Part shown: in pieces, positions 47,283 to 57,436 of the stretch | How positions within the stretch are numbered: the first letter of the stretch is position 1 | Layout: each line of letters starts with the position of its first letter | Program-made: the position numbers and the translations under genes | From: an uncultured Gemmatimonadales bacterium | Lineage (GTDB): Bacteria; Gemmatimonadota; Gemmatimonadetes; Gemmatimonadales; GWC2-71-9 | NCBI GenBank assembly: GCA_963795085.1 | Contig: CAWCFX010000006.1 | Location: 736,001 to 800,000 of the forward strand | DNA length: 64,000 nucleotides | Reading direction: 5' to 3' | The notes under the pieces: model-generated | What the model was told of the DNA's origin: nothing | Seen by the model: only the letters and a program-made list of their open reading frames with translations | Database searches by the model: none

Positions 47283-48170
47283 ATGGCCGCACGTCCAATC
47301 GCATCCGCCAACATTTCCTTCGGGCTCGTTTCCGTCCCGGTGAAGCTCTATTCCGCCGCCGAGTCCTCGGCCAATGTGAGCTTCAACTGGCTGCACACCA
47401 AGTGCGGCACCCGGCTGCGGCAGCAGTATTTCTGCCCCACCGACGACGAAGTGGTCGGCAAGGACGAGATGGTCAAGGGCTACGAGTTCTCCAAGGGCCA
47501 GTACGTGCTGTTCAACCCGGAGGAGATCAAGGCGCTGGAGGAAAAAGCGACCAATTCGATTGATATCGCCGAGTTCGTGCCCATCGAAAAGGTGGAGCGG
47601 GTCTATCTCGAGAAAGTGTACTACCTGGGGCCGGACAAGGGCGGCGAGAAAGCCTATCGCCTGCTGGGTGAGGCGCTCAAGGACTCGAAGCGCGCGGCCC
47701 TGGGCCAGTACGCCGCCCGCGGCAAGCAGAACCTGATCCTGGTCTATCCCCAGGACGGCCGGCTGGTGATGGAACAGCTGCACTACGCGAACGAGGTGCG
47801 GAAGCCCAGCGAGGTGGACATTCCCGACACCCCGGTGAAGCCGGCCGAGCTGGCGCTGGCCCGGCAGCTGATCGAGCAGGGGGCGACCGAAGAGTTCAAC
47901 CCCGAGGCCTATCACGACCAGGTCCGGGACCGGGTACTCGAGAGCATCCAGCAGAAGGTCGAAGGCAAGGAAATCACGGCCGAGCCGGAACAGGCGCCGG
48001 AAACCAAGGTCCTCGACCTCATGGAGGCGCTGAAGGCGAGCCTGGGGAAAGCCAGCAGCGGCGTTCGACCGGCCCGGGAATCGAAACCGGCCAAGCGCGG
48101 TGGCAAGAAAGAGGCGGAGCCGGAAGCGCCGGCGAAGGCCACCGCCAAGAAGAAGCGCAAAGCATCGTAG
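47283..48170 (+). CDS. ku: Non-homologous end joining protein Ku
   Basis: ISFGLVSVPVKLY, VKGYE, YYLGPD..AYRLL, DLMEALKASL, basic tail. Confidence 0.96.
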   Translation: MAARPIASANISFGLVSVPVKLYSAAESSANVSFNWLHTKCGTRLRQQYFCPTDDEVVGKDEMVKGYEFSKGQYVLFNPEEIKALEEKATNSIDIAEFVPIEKVERVYLEKVYYLGPDKGGEKAYRLLGEALKDSKRAALGQYAARGKQNLILVYPQDGRLVMEQLHYANEVRKPSEVDIPDTPVKPAELALARQLIEQGATEEFNPEAYHDQVRDRVLESIQQKVEGKEITAEPEQAPETKVLDLMEALKASLGKASSGVRPARESKPAKRGGKKEAEPEAPAKATAKKKRKAS

Positions 48171-48200
48171 GGGCGAAATACCGTCGCCCTCGCTCGGGCT

Positions 48201-48968
48201 ATGAAGGTCTATTCATCCAGAGAAGTCGCCGGACTCCTGGGGATGTCGGTCCCGCAGGTTCGCGCGCAGGCGCGCGCGGGATTCCTGCGCCCTGAACGGG
48301 GACCGCGACGGGCCTATCGCTTTTCCTTCCAGGACCTGTTTCTCCTTCGCAGCGCGAAGTCCCTGGCCGAAGCGCGAATTCCGTCCCGCCGGGTGCGGCG
48401 GGCGCTCCGCCGGCTCCGCACCCAGCTCCCCCGGGATCGCTCGCTGACCGAGATCAGAATCACGGCGGAGAATGGCCGGATCGTGGTTCGGGATGGCGGG
48501 TCCATCTGGAATCCCGACTCCGGGCAGTTTCAACTCGAGTTCAAATCCCAGCGCCGCGGCAGTCCACCCAAGGCGCCCAAACCGGCGGCCCGGCGGCCCT
48601 CGAAATCGGATCCGGCCGATCACTACGTAGCCCAGGGCCGCCGGCTCTACGAGGCCAACGAAGTCAGCGACGCCGCCTCCTGCTATCGGAAAGCGCTGGC
48701 CATCAAGCGGCACCATCCGGCGGCAGCATTCCAGCTCGGCGTGGCGCTGGAGGACCTGGGCAAGGTGAAGGAGGCAATTGACGCGTACATTCGGGCGGTG
48801 GAGAGCGATCCGTATTTCGCAGACGCCCACTACAACCTGGCGAAGCTGTACGAGAAGGCGGGAAAAAAGTCGGCGGCCCGGCGGCACTTGAAATCCTATC
48901 GAGAGCTATCCGTCCGACCAGGGAAATCAAAGGCCAGGCGGAGTCATCCTGAGAGTCCCCGACCGTAG
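48201..48968 (+). CDS. MerR-like HTH plus TPR protein
   Basis: YSSREVAGLLG..P.RGPRRAYRFSFQDL; C-terminal TPRs (ADAHYNLAKLYE). Confidence 0.85.
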   Translation: MKVYSSREVAGLLGMSVPQVRAQARAGFLRPERGPRRAYRFSFQDLFLLRSAKSLAEARIPSRRVRRALRRLRTQLPRDRSLTEIRITAENGRIVVRDGGSIWNPDSGQFQLEFKSQRRGSPPKAPKPAARRPSKSDPADHYVAQGRRLYEANEVSDAASCYRKALAIKRHHPAAAFQLGVALEDLGKVKEAIDAYIRAVESDPYFADAHYNLAKLYEKAGKKSAARRHLKSYRELSVRPGKSKARRSHPESPRP

Positions 48969-49191
48969 CGCGGGGTCCCGAAGGAGCCCGGTTCTTCGAT
49001 GGTTTGAGCCCATGTTGAAGGGTTGTCCAGCGTAAGAGATGGAAAGAGAACGGCTCCCTTCACGATATATTTCGCCACCAGTGACTTGAGATCATCGGCA
49101 TGACGACGGGGTTCCTTCGGTCCCTTGCGCTTCACTACCGGTCCCTCAGGATGAATCCGATGCCAGGCTCCATGCCGCTGCCTCCAACACA

Positions 49192-49911
49192 ATGATCATT
49201 TCCATCGGGATGTCGGGCTACAGCTACAAGGAATGGAAGCCCAACTTCTATCCCGCGGACCTCAAGGCGGACCGGATGCTGGAGTTTTACGCCCAGCGAT
49301 TCGAGACGGTGGAGATCAACAACACCTTCTACCGCATGCCGACCGAGAAGGTTTTGATGCAGTGGGCCGCGGAGGTCCCGCCGGGGTTTGTGTTCGGGCT
49401 CAAGGCGCCGCGCCGTATCACCCATATGAACCGGCTGCGGGACTGCGCCGAGAGCCTCGAGTATTTCATGCGCACCGCCAGCTGCCTGGGTGAGCGGCTG
49501 GGTCCCACCCTGTTCCAGCTGCCTCCCAATTTCAAGAAGGACCTGCCCCTCCTCCAGGAGTTCCTGGCCATGGTTCCCCGGCGGTGGGTGAGCGCGTTCG
49601 AGTTCCGGCACCCGTCCTGGTTCGAGGACGAGGTGTACGAGACCCTGCGGGGGCATGACGTGGCGCTCTGCATTGTGGACGACGAGGACGGAGCGACCCC
49701 CGTGGTGGCGACCGCGGGCTTTGGATACCTGCGGCTTCGCCGGACCGACTACGCCCCGGGCGACCTGGAAGCCTGGGCCGGAAAGATGCGGGCGGAGCCG
49801 TGGGACCGGGCGTTTGCCTTCTTCAAGCATGAGGAGGACGGGGGGCGGGGGCCCCACATCGCCATGGATATGAAGACCGTCCTGGGCGGCGAGGGCCAGG
49901 CGGCATTGTGA
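49192..49911 (+). CDS. DUF72 family protein
   Basis: GMSGYSYKEW, VEINNTFYRMP, LFQLPP, EFRHPSW, YLRLR. Confidence 0.93.
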   Translation: MIISIGMSGYSYKEWKPNFYPADLKADRMLEFYAQRFETVEINNTFYRMPTEKVLMQWAAEVPPGFVFGLKAPRRITHMNRLRDCAESLEYFMRTASCLGERLGPTLFQLPPNFKKDLPLLQEFLAMVPRRWVSAFEFRHPSWFEDEVYETLRGHDVALCIVDDEDGATPVVATAGFGYLRLRRTDYAPGDLEAWAGKMRAEPWDRAFAFFKHEEDGGRGPHIAMDMKTVLGGEGQAAL

Positions 49912-49988
49912 CGGAGATCACCAAAGACTGCGTTCCAGGCCGTATATTGGGAGTCAGCAACCAACTATAACTTTTGCAAGAGGCGGGT

Positions 49989-50891
49989 ATGCGAGTGTTA
50001 CGAGCTGCGGCCATCGGCACCTTTTCTCTCCTGGCCTTCTCCGGATGCGACCAGAAGACCAAGCAGGAGAACGAAGCCCTGCGGCTCCAGGTGCAGGAGA
50101 TGGAGACTATCTCGGCGGAGAAGGACAGCATGCTGACCATGATGGTCACCAGCACGCAGTTGATGAACGAGATCAACAACGAGCTCAACAAGGTCAAGGA
50201 CCTGAAGACCGGGGTGGTGCCGGTGGCGGGTCCCGAGTCCGGCACGGTCGATACCGTGCGGGTGCAGGACTACCTGCTCGCCAAGGTGCGGGAGGTGACC
50301 GAGCGCGTGAATGACGCCGAGACCCGCCTGGCCGCCAGCCAGCGGCGGATCCGGGGCCTGACCCGCGAGGGTGACACCCTCAAGTCCAGCATCGCGGAGT
50401 TCCAGGCGACGGTGGCCCGCTTCCAGGCGATCATCGACACCCAGAAGGTCAACATCCTGTCGCTCACCACCCAGATCAACGAAATGCAGACCGCCAACGT
50501 CAAGCTGGTGGCCCGCACCGAATCCCTGAGCGGGACGGTCGATACCCTGGTGACCGAGCGGAACATGGTGTTTTACGTGATCGGCCGGAAGGACGACCTG
50601 GTACAGCGCGGGATCGCAACCGAAGAGGGGAGCAAGTTCCTGTTCTTTGGGGGTAAGTCTCTGCAGCCGGCCCGCCAGCTTGATGCGACCGCCTTCACCC
50701 AGTCGGACATGCGGGAGTTGACCACGATCGTCCTGCCCGATTCGACCAAAAAGTACAAGATTATCTCGAGGCAGAACCTGGCCGGTCTGGCGATCCAGCC
50801 GGAGGACGGCAAGTTCCGGGGCACCATCCAGATCGCCGATCCGGCGGTCTTCTGGGGGCCGGGCCGGTACCTGATCATCGTCCAGGATTAA
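49989..50891 (+). CDS. Coiled-coil lipoprotein, hypothetical
   Basis: Lipobox FSGC; long heptad region; C-terminal FYVIG.K..L...GI domain. Confidence 0.8.
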   Translation: MRVLRAAAIGTFSLLAFSGCDQKTKQENEALRLQVQEMETISAEKDSMLTMMVTSTQLMNEINNELNKVKDLKTGVVPVAGPESGTVDTVRVQDYLLAKVREVTERVNDAETRLAASQRRIRGLTREGDTLKSSIAEFQATVARFQAIIDTQKVNILSLTTQINEMQTANVKLVARTESLSGTVDTLVTERNMVFYVIGRKDDLVQRGIATEEGSKFLFFGGKSLQPARQLDATAFTQSDMRELTTIVLPDSTKKYKIISRQNLAGLAIQPEDGKFRGTIQIADPAVFWGPGRYLIIVQD

Positions 50892-50949
50892 GGGGCCCTG
50901 GGGGCAAGGGGGCATAGGGCCCGCCGGTGAAGGCGGGACGCAATGGAGA

Positions 50950-50987
50950 AGGCAAAGGCCCATCGGTGAACGGTGGGCCTTTTGCCT
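50950..50987 (+). terminator. Intrinsic terminator
   Basis: AAGGCCCATCG-GTGAA-CGGTGGGCCTT followed by TT. Confidence 0.8.
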
Positions 50988-51126
50988 GCTGCCCCGGGCG
51001 ACGCCTCTAAGCGATTGCAGGACAGCTAGTTATGGCTGTCATTAAGGGACCGGGAATCCTGCGCGAAAATTGCGGTAACGCGGTCAGGCTCCTCATCCCT
51101 CACGTGACTGGACCACCGCAGCCTGC

Positions 51127-51795
51127 ATGACCGTTCCCAGCCGGATGTCGCTCCGTTCCATTCCGCCCGAATTGCACGCCCGGGCGCGCATTGCCTACGC
51201 CGTGGCGTGGGAAGGGGTCATTACCACGCACAGCAATCAGCTCCTGGAGTTTCTTCAGGAGTTTGGGAGCCGGGTGCCGGTGCTCGAGGCCCTGGATCTC
51301 TACTTCCGGGTGGTAGCCGTTCCCGAGCCCATGAAAGAATCGGTGCGCACCCGGGCCCTGACCGAGTTGGATCTCGATTGCCTTCCCCCGCTCCATCCCA
51401 TGCCGGTGCTGTCGCCCCTGCAGTACCTGCGGCCCGACCTGATTCTGCGGGTCCTTCGCTACCGGCGCGATTACGTCGAGACGACCCTGCACCTGGCCCG
51501 AATGGTGGGTGCCCGGGCTGCCGAGGCGGTGACCGCCACCCACGTCAGTCATGCCACGGAGTTTGCCCGCCTGGTAGGCCGAGTCATCCCGGTGGACAAG
51601 GCGGTGGCGCACTACGTCTTTGTCTTCGCGCTTTCGCAGGCGATGGCCCAGACCGTCTTCCAGCGGGTGCAGGCCACCCTTGCCGGGGAGCAGTTGGCCC
51701 GGGCTTATGGCCAGTCACCCTATCCTCCCGACTTGACCGAGCCGGCCCGGGCCCGGGCCAGCCAGGAACTGGAAGTCGAGATCGAACATACGTGA
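51127..51795 (+). CDS. Hypothetical protein
   Basis: 222 aa, plausible helical composition; no family recognised. Confidence 0.6.
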   Translation: MTVPSRMSLRSIPPELHARARIAYAVAWEGVITTHSNQLLEFLQEFGSRVPVLEALDLYFRVVAVPEPMKESVRTRALTELDLDCLPPLHPMPVLSPLQYLRPDLILRVLRYRRDYVETTLHLARMVGARAAEAVTATHVSHATEFARLVGRVIPVDKAVAHYVFVFALSQAMAQTVFQRVQATLAGEQLARAYGQSPYPPDLTEPARARASQELEVEIEHT

Positions 51796-52036
51796 ACACC
51801 GGCCGGGTGCCGTCACCCGACCGGTGAGAATTGATGGAGGTGGCGCCCGGCGCCGAATCCACTCCCCCTGCCGCCTGTTCCTGCCACCCCACACGAATAA
51901 CCGGAAGGCTCTCCCCCGGCGGGCGCGGTGCGCCCGGCTGTGCCGGGTTCTCGCAGCCGATTATCTTCCGGCCCCACAGCCGTGGGCGGGATCGGGTGAA
52001 CGCGGTTTGTCTCTCTGCAGTGAAACGAATCAGATT

Positions 52037-52594
52037 ATGAAAGCAACCGACATTCGCAAGGGCCATGTCCTGATGTTCGAAGGCAAGCCCTGCCGGGTCA
52101 TGGAATTCACCCACCGGACGCCGGGCAACCTGCGCGCCTTCGTCCAGGCCCGGATGCGAAACCTGGTAAGCGGGTCCACTTTCGATCACCGGTTCAGCGC
52201 GACCGACTTCGTGGAGACCGCCCGCCTCGACACCAAGCCGCTCCAGGTGCTCTACCGCGACGCCAACGGCCTGCATGTCATGGATACCGACACGTACGAC
52301 CAGTACACCCTGGACGCGGAGACTATCGGCGAGCAGGCCGACTGGCTGGCGCCGGAGATGACCTTCACCGCCGAGTGGCTGGAAGGCCGGCCGATCGCCA
52401 TAGATCTCCCGACCGTGGTTGAACTGGAAGTCGTGGAGACCTCGCCGGTGATGAAGACCGCGACCAAGACCGCCAGCACCAAGCCGGCCAAGCTCTCCAA
52501 TGGCATCACGATCCAGGTCCCCGAGTTCATCCAGGAAGGGGAACGGGTTCGCGTCAATCCAGCGGAAGGCGTGTACCTCGAGCGGGCGAAGTAA
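52037..52594 (+). CDS. efp: Translation elongation factor P
   Basis: 185 aa; HRTPGNLRAFVQ, KPAKLSNG..IQVPEFI..GE. Confidence 0.93.
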   Translation: MKATDIRKGHVLMFEGKPCRVMEFTHRTPGNLRAFVQARMRNLVSGSTFDHRFSATDFVETARLDTKPLQVLYRDANGLHVMDTDTYDQYTLDAETIGEQADWLAPEMTFTAEWLEGRPIAIDLPTVVELEVVETSPVMKTATKTASTKPAKLSNGITIQVPEFIQEGERVRVNPAEGVYLERAK

Positions 52595-52600
52595 CCGGCC

Positions 52601-53176
52601 CTACTTCTTCCGCCGGTAGGTGATCTCCATGATACGGGTCTGGCCGGCGGCCTGGGGATCGTGCATCTCGAAGACGTGGGTGTCCGGCCCCTCGACCCGC
52701 AGCACGTACTTCACCGGCTTGCCTGTCTCCCCCGTCATCGGGTCATCTATCCGGCCGTGGTAGGTCAGTACCCGGCCGGTCTCATCCAGGCTGCCCTCCA
52801 TGGTGGAGATGGCAGTGCTCATGTTGTCTATCCAGATCGCAACGTACTTCTTCTTCATGTTATCATAGCCGGAAATGCCGCGGCCATGGAGCGGCATCCC
52901 CATCATTGATCCGGTGGTGACATCCTCCAGGTAGCGCCCCTCCAGTATCCAGCGGACCTCGGCAGTGCCGTTCGATTCGGCGGGCGGCGCGCCGGGCTCC
53001 ATCCAGACGCGGGTCGTGAGGTCCCAGGTTCCCACGAAGGTGTCCAGGAACTTGTGGGCTGCGCCCGGGGTGGCGGCCGCCATCATCCGCTGCATCGGGT
53101 CGCCGTCGGCCTGGGCGTGAATTGGGGGAGCGGATAGCAGCAGCGCAGCCGCGCTGGCCAGGAGAATACGTTTCAT
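52601..53176 (-). CDS. DUF1579 family exported protein
   Basis: TPGAAH..L..FVGTW, GYDN.KKKY...WIDNM, MEITYRR. Confidence 0.85.
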   Translation of the reverse strand: MKRILLASAAALLLSAPPIHAQADGDPMQRMMAAATPGAAHKFLDTFVGTWDLTTRVWMEPGAPPAESNGTAEVRWILEGRYLEDVTTGSMMGMPLHGRGISGYDNMKKKYVAIWIDNMSTAISTMEGSLDETGRVLTYHGRIDDPMTGETGKPVKYVLRVEGPDTHVFEMHDPQAAGQTRIMEITYRRKK

Positions 53177-53189
53177 GGGCGTGCTCCGG

Positions 53190-54404
53190 TCAGGGGTCAA
53201 TGCAGGCCAGTCGGGCCTCCAGGAACTGCCGCTCGGCGGGCAGGGAAACCAGCGCGAGGGATGCGAGATAGGCATCCCGGGCCTCGGCCCGGCGCCCCAG
53301 CCTCGCCAGCAGGTCCGCCCGGGCGGCGGGCAGCAGGTGGTACCCGGCGAGGGAGCCCCTCGCGGCCAGCGCATCCAGCAATTGGAGGCCTTTCCCGGGT
53401 CCATCCACCATAGCCAGGGCGACCGCATGATTCAACTCTACTACCGGCGACCCGGTCTTCCGCAGCAGCAAGGCGTAGAGGGCCGCGATCTGCCTCCAGT
53501 CGGTGGCTTCCGGACCGGGCGCCTGGCAGTGCAGCGCCGCAATGGCCGCCTGCAGTGCGTAGGGGCCCGCCTCGCCGTTCCGGAGGACTCTCTCGACCAG
53601 CTCCACGCCTTCGCGAATCTGGTCCCGGTTCCACTTGTTGCGGTCCTGCTGGTCCAGCAGGATCAGTTCCCCGGCGGGGGATACGCGGGCCGGCCGGCGG
53701 GCATCGTGCAGCAGCATCAGGGCAAGCAGCGCCTCCGCTTCGCGCTGGTCCGGCATCAGTTCGCGGAGCAGGCGAGCCAGCCTGATGGCCTCCGCGGCGA
53801 GGTCGTTGCGGAGCGGCTCGCCGGACGTCGGCGCATAGCCCTCGTTGAACACCAGGTAGATCACGGTCAGCACACCCTCCAGGCGATCTGCCAGCAGGGC
53901 GGGCGGCGGGACCTCGTAGGGGATGCCGGCGTCCCTGATCTTGGCCTTGGCGCGCACCAGCCGCTGAGCCATCGCGGGGACGGAGACAAGAAAGGCGCGG
54001 GCGATCTCTTCGGTGCTGAGTCCGCAGATGGTGCGGAGGGTCAACGGGACCCGCACGTCGGCAGGCAGGGCGGGGTGGCAGCAGGTAAAGACCAGGCGAA
54101 GTCGGTCGTCAGGATACTCGTCCGTCTCCGGTTCGCTCGAGACGGCGGGAAGATCAGCCTCCCCCCGCCTCTGTTCGGGCAGCCGGGCCCGGCGCAGGCG
54201 GTCAATGGCCTTGAAGCGGCCGGCACTCACCAGCCAGGCCCGCGGATTGTGGGGAAGCCCCTGGAAAGGCCACTGTTCGACCGCGGCGGCAAAGGCATCC
54301 TGCATCGCTTCCTCCGCCAGGTCGAAATCGCGAAGGAGCCGGACCAGGGTCGCCAGCACCCGGCCCGACTCCTCCCGGAAGATCCGTCCGATCCGGTCGG
54401 TCAC
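53190..54404 (-). CDS. ECF RNA polymerase sigma factor with C-terminal TPR extension (ECF42/DUF6596 type)
   Basis: [54 protein letters not shown]. Confidence 0.92.
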   Translation of the reverse strand: MTDRIGRIFREESGRVLATLVRLLRDFDLAEEAMQDAFAAAVEQWPFQGLPHNPRAWLVSAGRFKAIDRLRRARLPEQRRGEADLPAVSSEPETDEYPDDRLRLVFTCCHPALPADVRVPLTLRTICGLSTEEIARAFLVSVPAMAQRLVRAKAKIRDAGIPYEVPPPALLADRLEGVLTVIYLVFNEGYAPTSGEPLRNDLAAEAIRLARLLRELMPDQREAEALLALMLLHDARRPARVSPAGELILLDQQDRNKWNRDQIREGVELVERVLRNGEAGPYALQAAIAALHCQAPGPEATDWRQIAALYALLLRKTGSPVVELNHAVALAMVDGPGKGLQLLDALAARGSLAGYHLLPAARADLLARLGRRAEARDAYLASLALVSLPAERQFLEARLACIDP

Positions 54405-54441
54405 CGGCGTCCCGCCCGGGAGCCCGCCGCTCACGAACCGG

Positions 54442-54792
54442 TCATCCCCGCTGCATGACGGGGCGGATTTCGATGGAGCCCTCCCGGGCCGAGGGTATCC
54501 GGCCCGCGATCTCGATGGCCTTGTCCAGGTTGTCGGCTTCGACCAGGTAGAACCCGCCGAGCTGTTCCCGGGTTTCGGCAAAGGGGCCATCGGTGACCTG
54601 CGCCCTGCCGTTCCGGACCCGCACCGTCGTGGCCGAGCTGACCGGCTGCAGTTCTTCGCCAGCCTTGAAGTTGCCGCTCTTGACGATTGCTTCGGTAAAG
54701 CTCCCGTACTCGGCCATGACCGCGTTGATCTGTTCAGGGGTCTTGGCCGCCCAGTCGGCTTCGTTGCTGTAGATCAAGAGTACGTATTGCAT
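54442..54792 (-). CDS. YciI/DGPF family protein
   Basis: [31 protein letters not shown]. Confidence 0.95.
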   Translation of the reverse strand: MQYVLLIYSNEADWAAKTPEQINAVMAEYGSFTEAIVKSGNFKAGEELQPVSSATTVRVRNGRAQVTDGPFAETREQLGGFYLVEADNLDKAIEIAGRIPSAREGSIEIRPVMQRG

Positions 54793-54943
54793 GGTGGCGA
54801 CTCCGTTTCGGGGTTGAGATGAGGGGACGCCAGCTAGTCGAACGGCGGCGGACGAAATCGACAGGATCCGGCCGGAACAAACAGACAGGCTGGCAACCGC
54901 GGTGATTGCCAGCCTGGGAGAGTCGCCCTGACCCACGGTGGCC

Positions 54944-55939
54944 TTACATCCGGGTGCGGTCGCGCCGCTCGCCGGCCCGTTCCCGGGCCCGTTCCCGGTC
55001 GATATTCCGATCCCGCAGGTCCCGCTCGCGCAGATCCCGGGTCCGGCTGGGGCTGAGCGTCCTCCGGCGGATCTCCGGCTTCCGGACGGTCCACTCGAGG
55101 TTGACCCGCTGGCGCTTGCGCATGACCTCCGCCTTCACCGCCTCCCCTTCTTCATAGGACCCGAGAATCCGGAGGGCATGGCCCACCGAGGTGGGCTTGC
55201 GGCCATTGATCGAGAGAATCACATCGCCGCTCCGGAGCGGCACGGCCGAGTCGTTGGAGGCGCGGGCGACCAGCAGGCCCTCGGTGGTGCCGAAATACTC
55301 GCCCAGGTCGGTGTTAAGGGGAACCAGCTGGAGACCGCGCTGGGCGCCCAGGAAAACCGAGAAATTTCCGGGGCCATCGAGCATGGAGAAGTCCGATTCC
55401 GGCCCATCGCCGAAGAACTCGAACGTGCCTCCCTCTCCCATCCGGGGCAGTACCATCGGCCCCTCGAAGCGGCGGAAGGTGAACTGGTCATCCATGGCGC
55501 GGGCCACGACCGTCGCCGTACGGGCGGCACCATCCCGGCGGTACTGCACCACCACACTATCTCCCTCATCAAGTTTCTGCGCCAGTTCGACCAGCCGCAG
55601 ACCGGGACCGGACCGGCCGGAATCTGCACTCTCGGTCTTCACCCCGGCCAGGCTGGTGGATCCGAACCGGGTGATGATGTCCCCGGCCTTGAGGCCGGCC
55701 GCCGCGGCCGGGCCCTCCTCGGCCACCGCGACGATCTTCGCCCCGAGACGGTCGGATTCGGCGTCGGCCTGCGTCTGCACCGTCACCCCGAGCCGGACCC
55801 GGTTACTGGTGTACATGCGGACCCGCGGACGGCTCTCCCGGACATCCCGTTCCGGCGCGGACTCGCGCTCCTGGGCGCTTCCGAACGCCGGGGCGGCGGC
55901 AGCGAACGCGATGGCGGCGATAAGGATACGGCCTTTCAT
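54944..55939 (-). CDS. Secreted tandem PDZ domain protein
   Basis: Signal peptide; GPAAAAGLKAGDII, LRSGDVILSING. Confidence 0.85.
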   Translation of the reverse strand: MKGRILIAAIAFAAAAPAFGSAQERESAPERDVRESRPRVRMYTSNRVRLGVTVQTQADAESDRLGAKIVAVAEEGPAAAAGLKAGDIITRFGSTSLAGVKTESADSGRSGPGLRLVELAQKLDEGDSVVVQYRRDGAARTATVVARAMDDQFTFRRFEGPMVLPRMGEGGTFEFFGDGPESDFSMLDGPGNFSVFLGAQRGLQLVPLNTDLGEYFGTTEGLLVARASNDSAVPLRSGDVILSINGRKPTSVGHALRILGSYEEGEAVKAEVMRKRQRVNLEWTVRKPEIRRRTLSPSRTRDLRERDLRDRNIDRERARERAGERRDRTRM

Positions 55940-56096
55940 GCTGAACTCCTGTAGTGGGAACGGTGTATTGGTCTGCCCGAAAAGATGCGGGGTGGAGGGG
56001 AATGGTCGCGGCCTTGTTCCCAGCCGATACGCCGCTCCCCGGCTGGCCAGGCGATATATATTCTTTCCCGATGCCCCCTCATTCCCCGGACGACCC

Positions 56097-57305
56097 ATGC
56101 ACACTCGGATGGTGCTCCTGCCGGCCGCGGCGTTACTGATGGCCATACCGGGCACCGGCCTCGCGCAGCATCCCCCCGGCTTCCCGGAGGCCTGGGCCGA
56201 GCTGCGTACCTTCTACCAGCGCACCCTCGAGACCGAGGGCATCGTGGGAAGCGGGCTGGTCCTGGTGCAGGGGGATTCGGTGCGGGGTCAGGCCCACTAC
56301 GGCCTGGCCGACATTGCCGAAGGCCGCCGGGTCGAAGGCTCCACCATTTTCCACTGGGCGTCCATCACCAAGACCTTCACCGCGATCGCCATCATGCAGT
56401 TGCGCGACCGCGGCCTCCTCGCCCTCGATGATCCCATTGTCCAGTATGTCCCCGAACTGCGCGCGGTGCACGACAGCTTCGGCAGCATCGGCGACGTAAC
56501 TATCCGGCACCTGCTGAGCCACTCCTCCGGATTTCGCAATCCGACCTGGCCCTGGGGCGGCGATAAACCCTGGCACCCCTTTGAACCGACTCAGTGGTCC
56601 CAGCTCGTCGCCATGATGCCCTACACCGAAATTCTCTTCACCCCGGGCAGCCGCTACAGCTACTCCAACCCGGGATACATCTTCCTGGGCCGAGCGATCG
56701 AAGCGCTGACCGGCGACGACTATGAGGTGTACGTCGAAAAGAACATCCTGCGGCCTCTTGGCATGGGGTCGAGCTATTTCGATCGGACCCCGTATCACCT
56801 GCTCCCTCACCGCTCCAACAACTACACGGTGCGGAACGGCGCGCCGGTGGCCAACGGACTCGACTTCGATACCGGGATCACCGTTTCCAACGGCGGACTC
56901 AACGCCTCACTGGAGGACATGACCCGGTACCTCCAGTTCCTCCTCGGCGCCCCCGGGCTTTCCGACCAGGCGACGAACGTCCTGGCCAGGACGACGCTGG
57001 ATGAGATGTGGCAGCCCCTGGTCGCCGGCGCCAGCCAGGACAGCCCCACCGGCTCCACCGGCCTCGGGTTCTTCATCATTCCGGCCCAAGGCACCGAGCT
57101 GATCGGCCACACCGGGAGCCAGGCCGCCTTCCGCTCATTCTTCTATCTCCATCCGGAGACCGGCTCCGCCATCATCGCGGTGTTCAACACGGATGCCGGA
57201 GGGAATGCCGCCCATCCCTCAGTCGAGCCACTGTTCAGCGGTCTGCTGAGCCGGTACCTTGCCTCGATCATCCCTTCGCTGACCCACCGCGAAGTTTCGC
57301 AGTAA
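56097..57305 (+). CDS. Serine hydrolase, beta-lactamase family
   Basis: ASITK (SxxK), LLSHSSG, YSYSNPGY, GHTG. Confidence 0.93.
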   Translation: MHTRMVLLPAAALLMAIPGTGLAQHPPGFPEAWAELRTFYQRTLETEGIVGSGLVLVQGDSVRGQAHYGLADIAEGRRVEGSTIFHWASITKTFTAIAIMQLRDRGLLALDDPIVQYVPELRAVHDSFGSIGDVTIRHLLSHSSGFRNPTWPWGGDKPWHPFEPTQWSQLVAMMPYTEILFTPGSRYSYSNPGYIFLGRAIEALTGDDYEVYVEKNILRPLGMGSSYFDRTPYHLLPHRSNNYTVRNGAPVANGLDFDTGITVSNGGLNASLEDMTRYLQFLLGAPGLSDQATNVLARTTLDEMWQPLVAGASQDSPTGSTGLGFFIIPAQGTELIGHTGSQAAFRSFFYLHPETGSAIIAVFNTDAGGNAAHPSVEPLFSGLLSRYLASIIPSLTHREVSQ

Positions 57306-57436
57306 CTGACCGACACGACCTGGACGCCGATCGAGCAACTCCGAACACTTCTTCCTGCCGACGGCTTCCAGTGGGAGCCACGGTCTCCTATGCTGGGTCA
57401 GCAGGGTCACGCCCGACGTTTCCAGGAGAACAGCTT

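Noticed and set aside
48944..49192. Small minus-strand ORF (KRKGPKEPRRHADDLKSLVAKYIVKG...)
   Set aside because: No recognisable motif, atypical codon usage and an overlap with the TPR gene end; it cannot be supported, although a small protein is not excluded.
56097..57305. True beta-lactamase resistance gene
   Set aside because: The SxxK, YxN and HTG motifs are shared by the broad esterase/peptidase family, so the substrate cannot be inferred.
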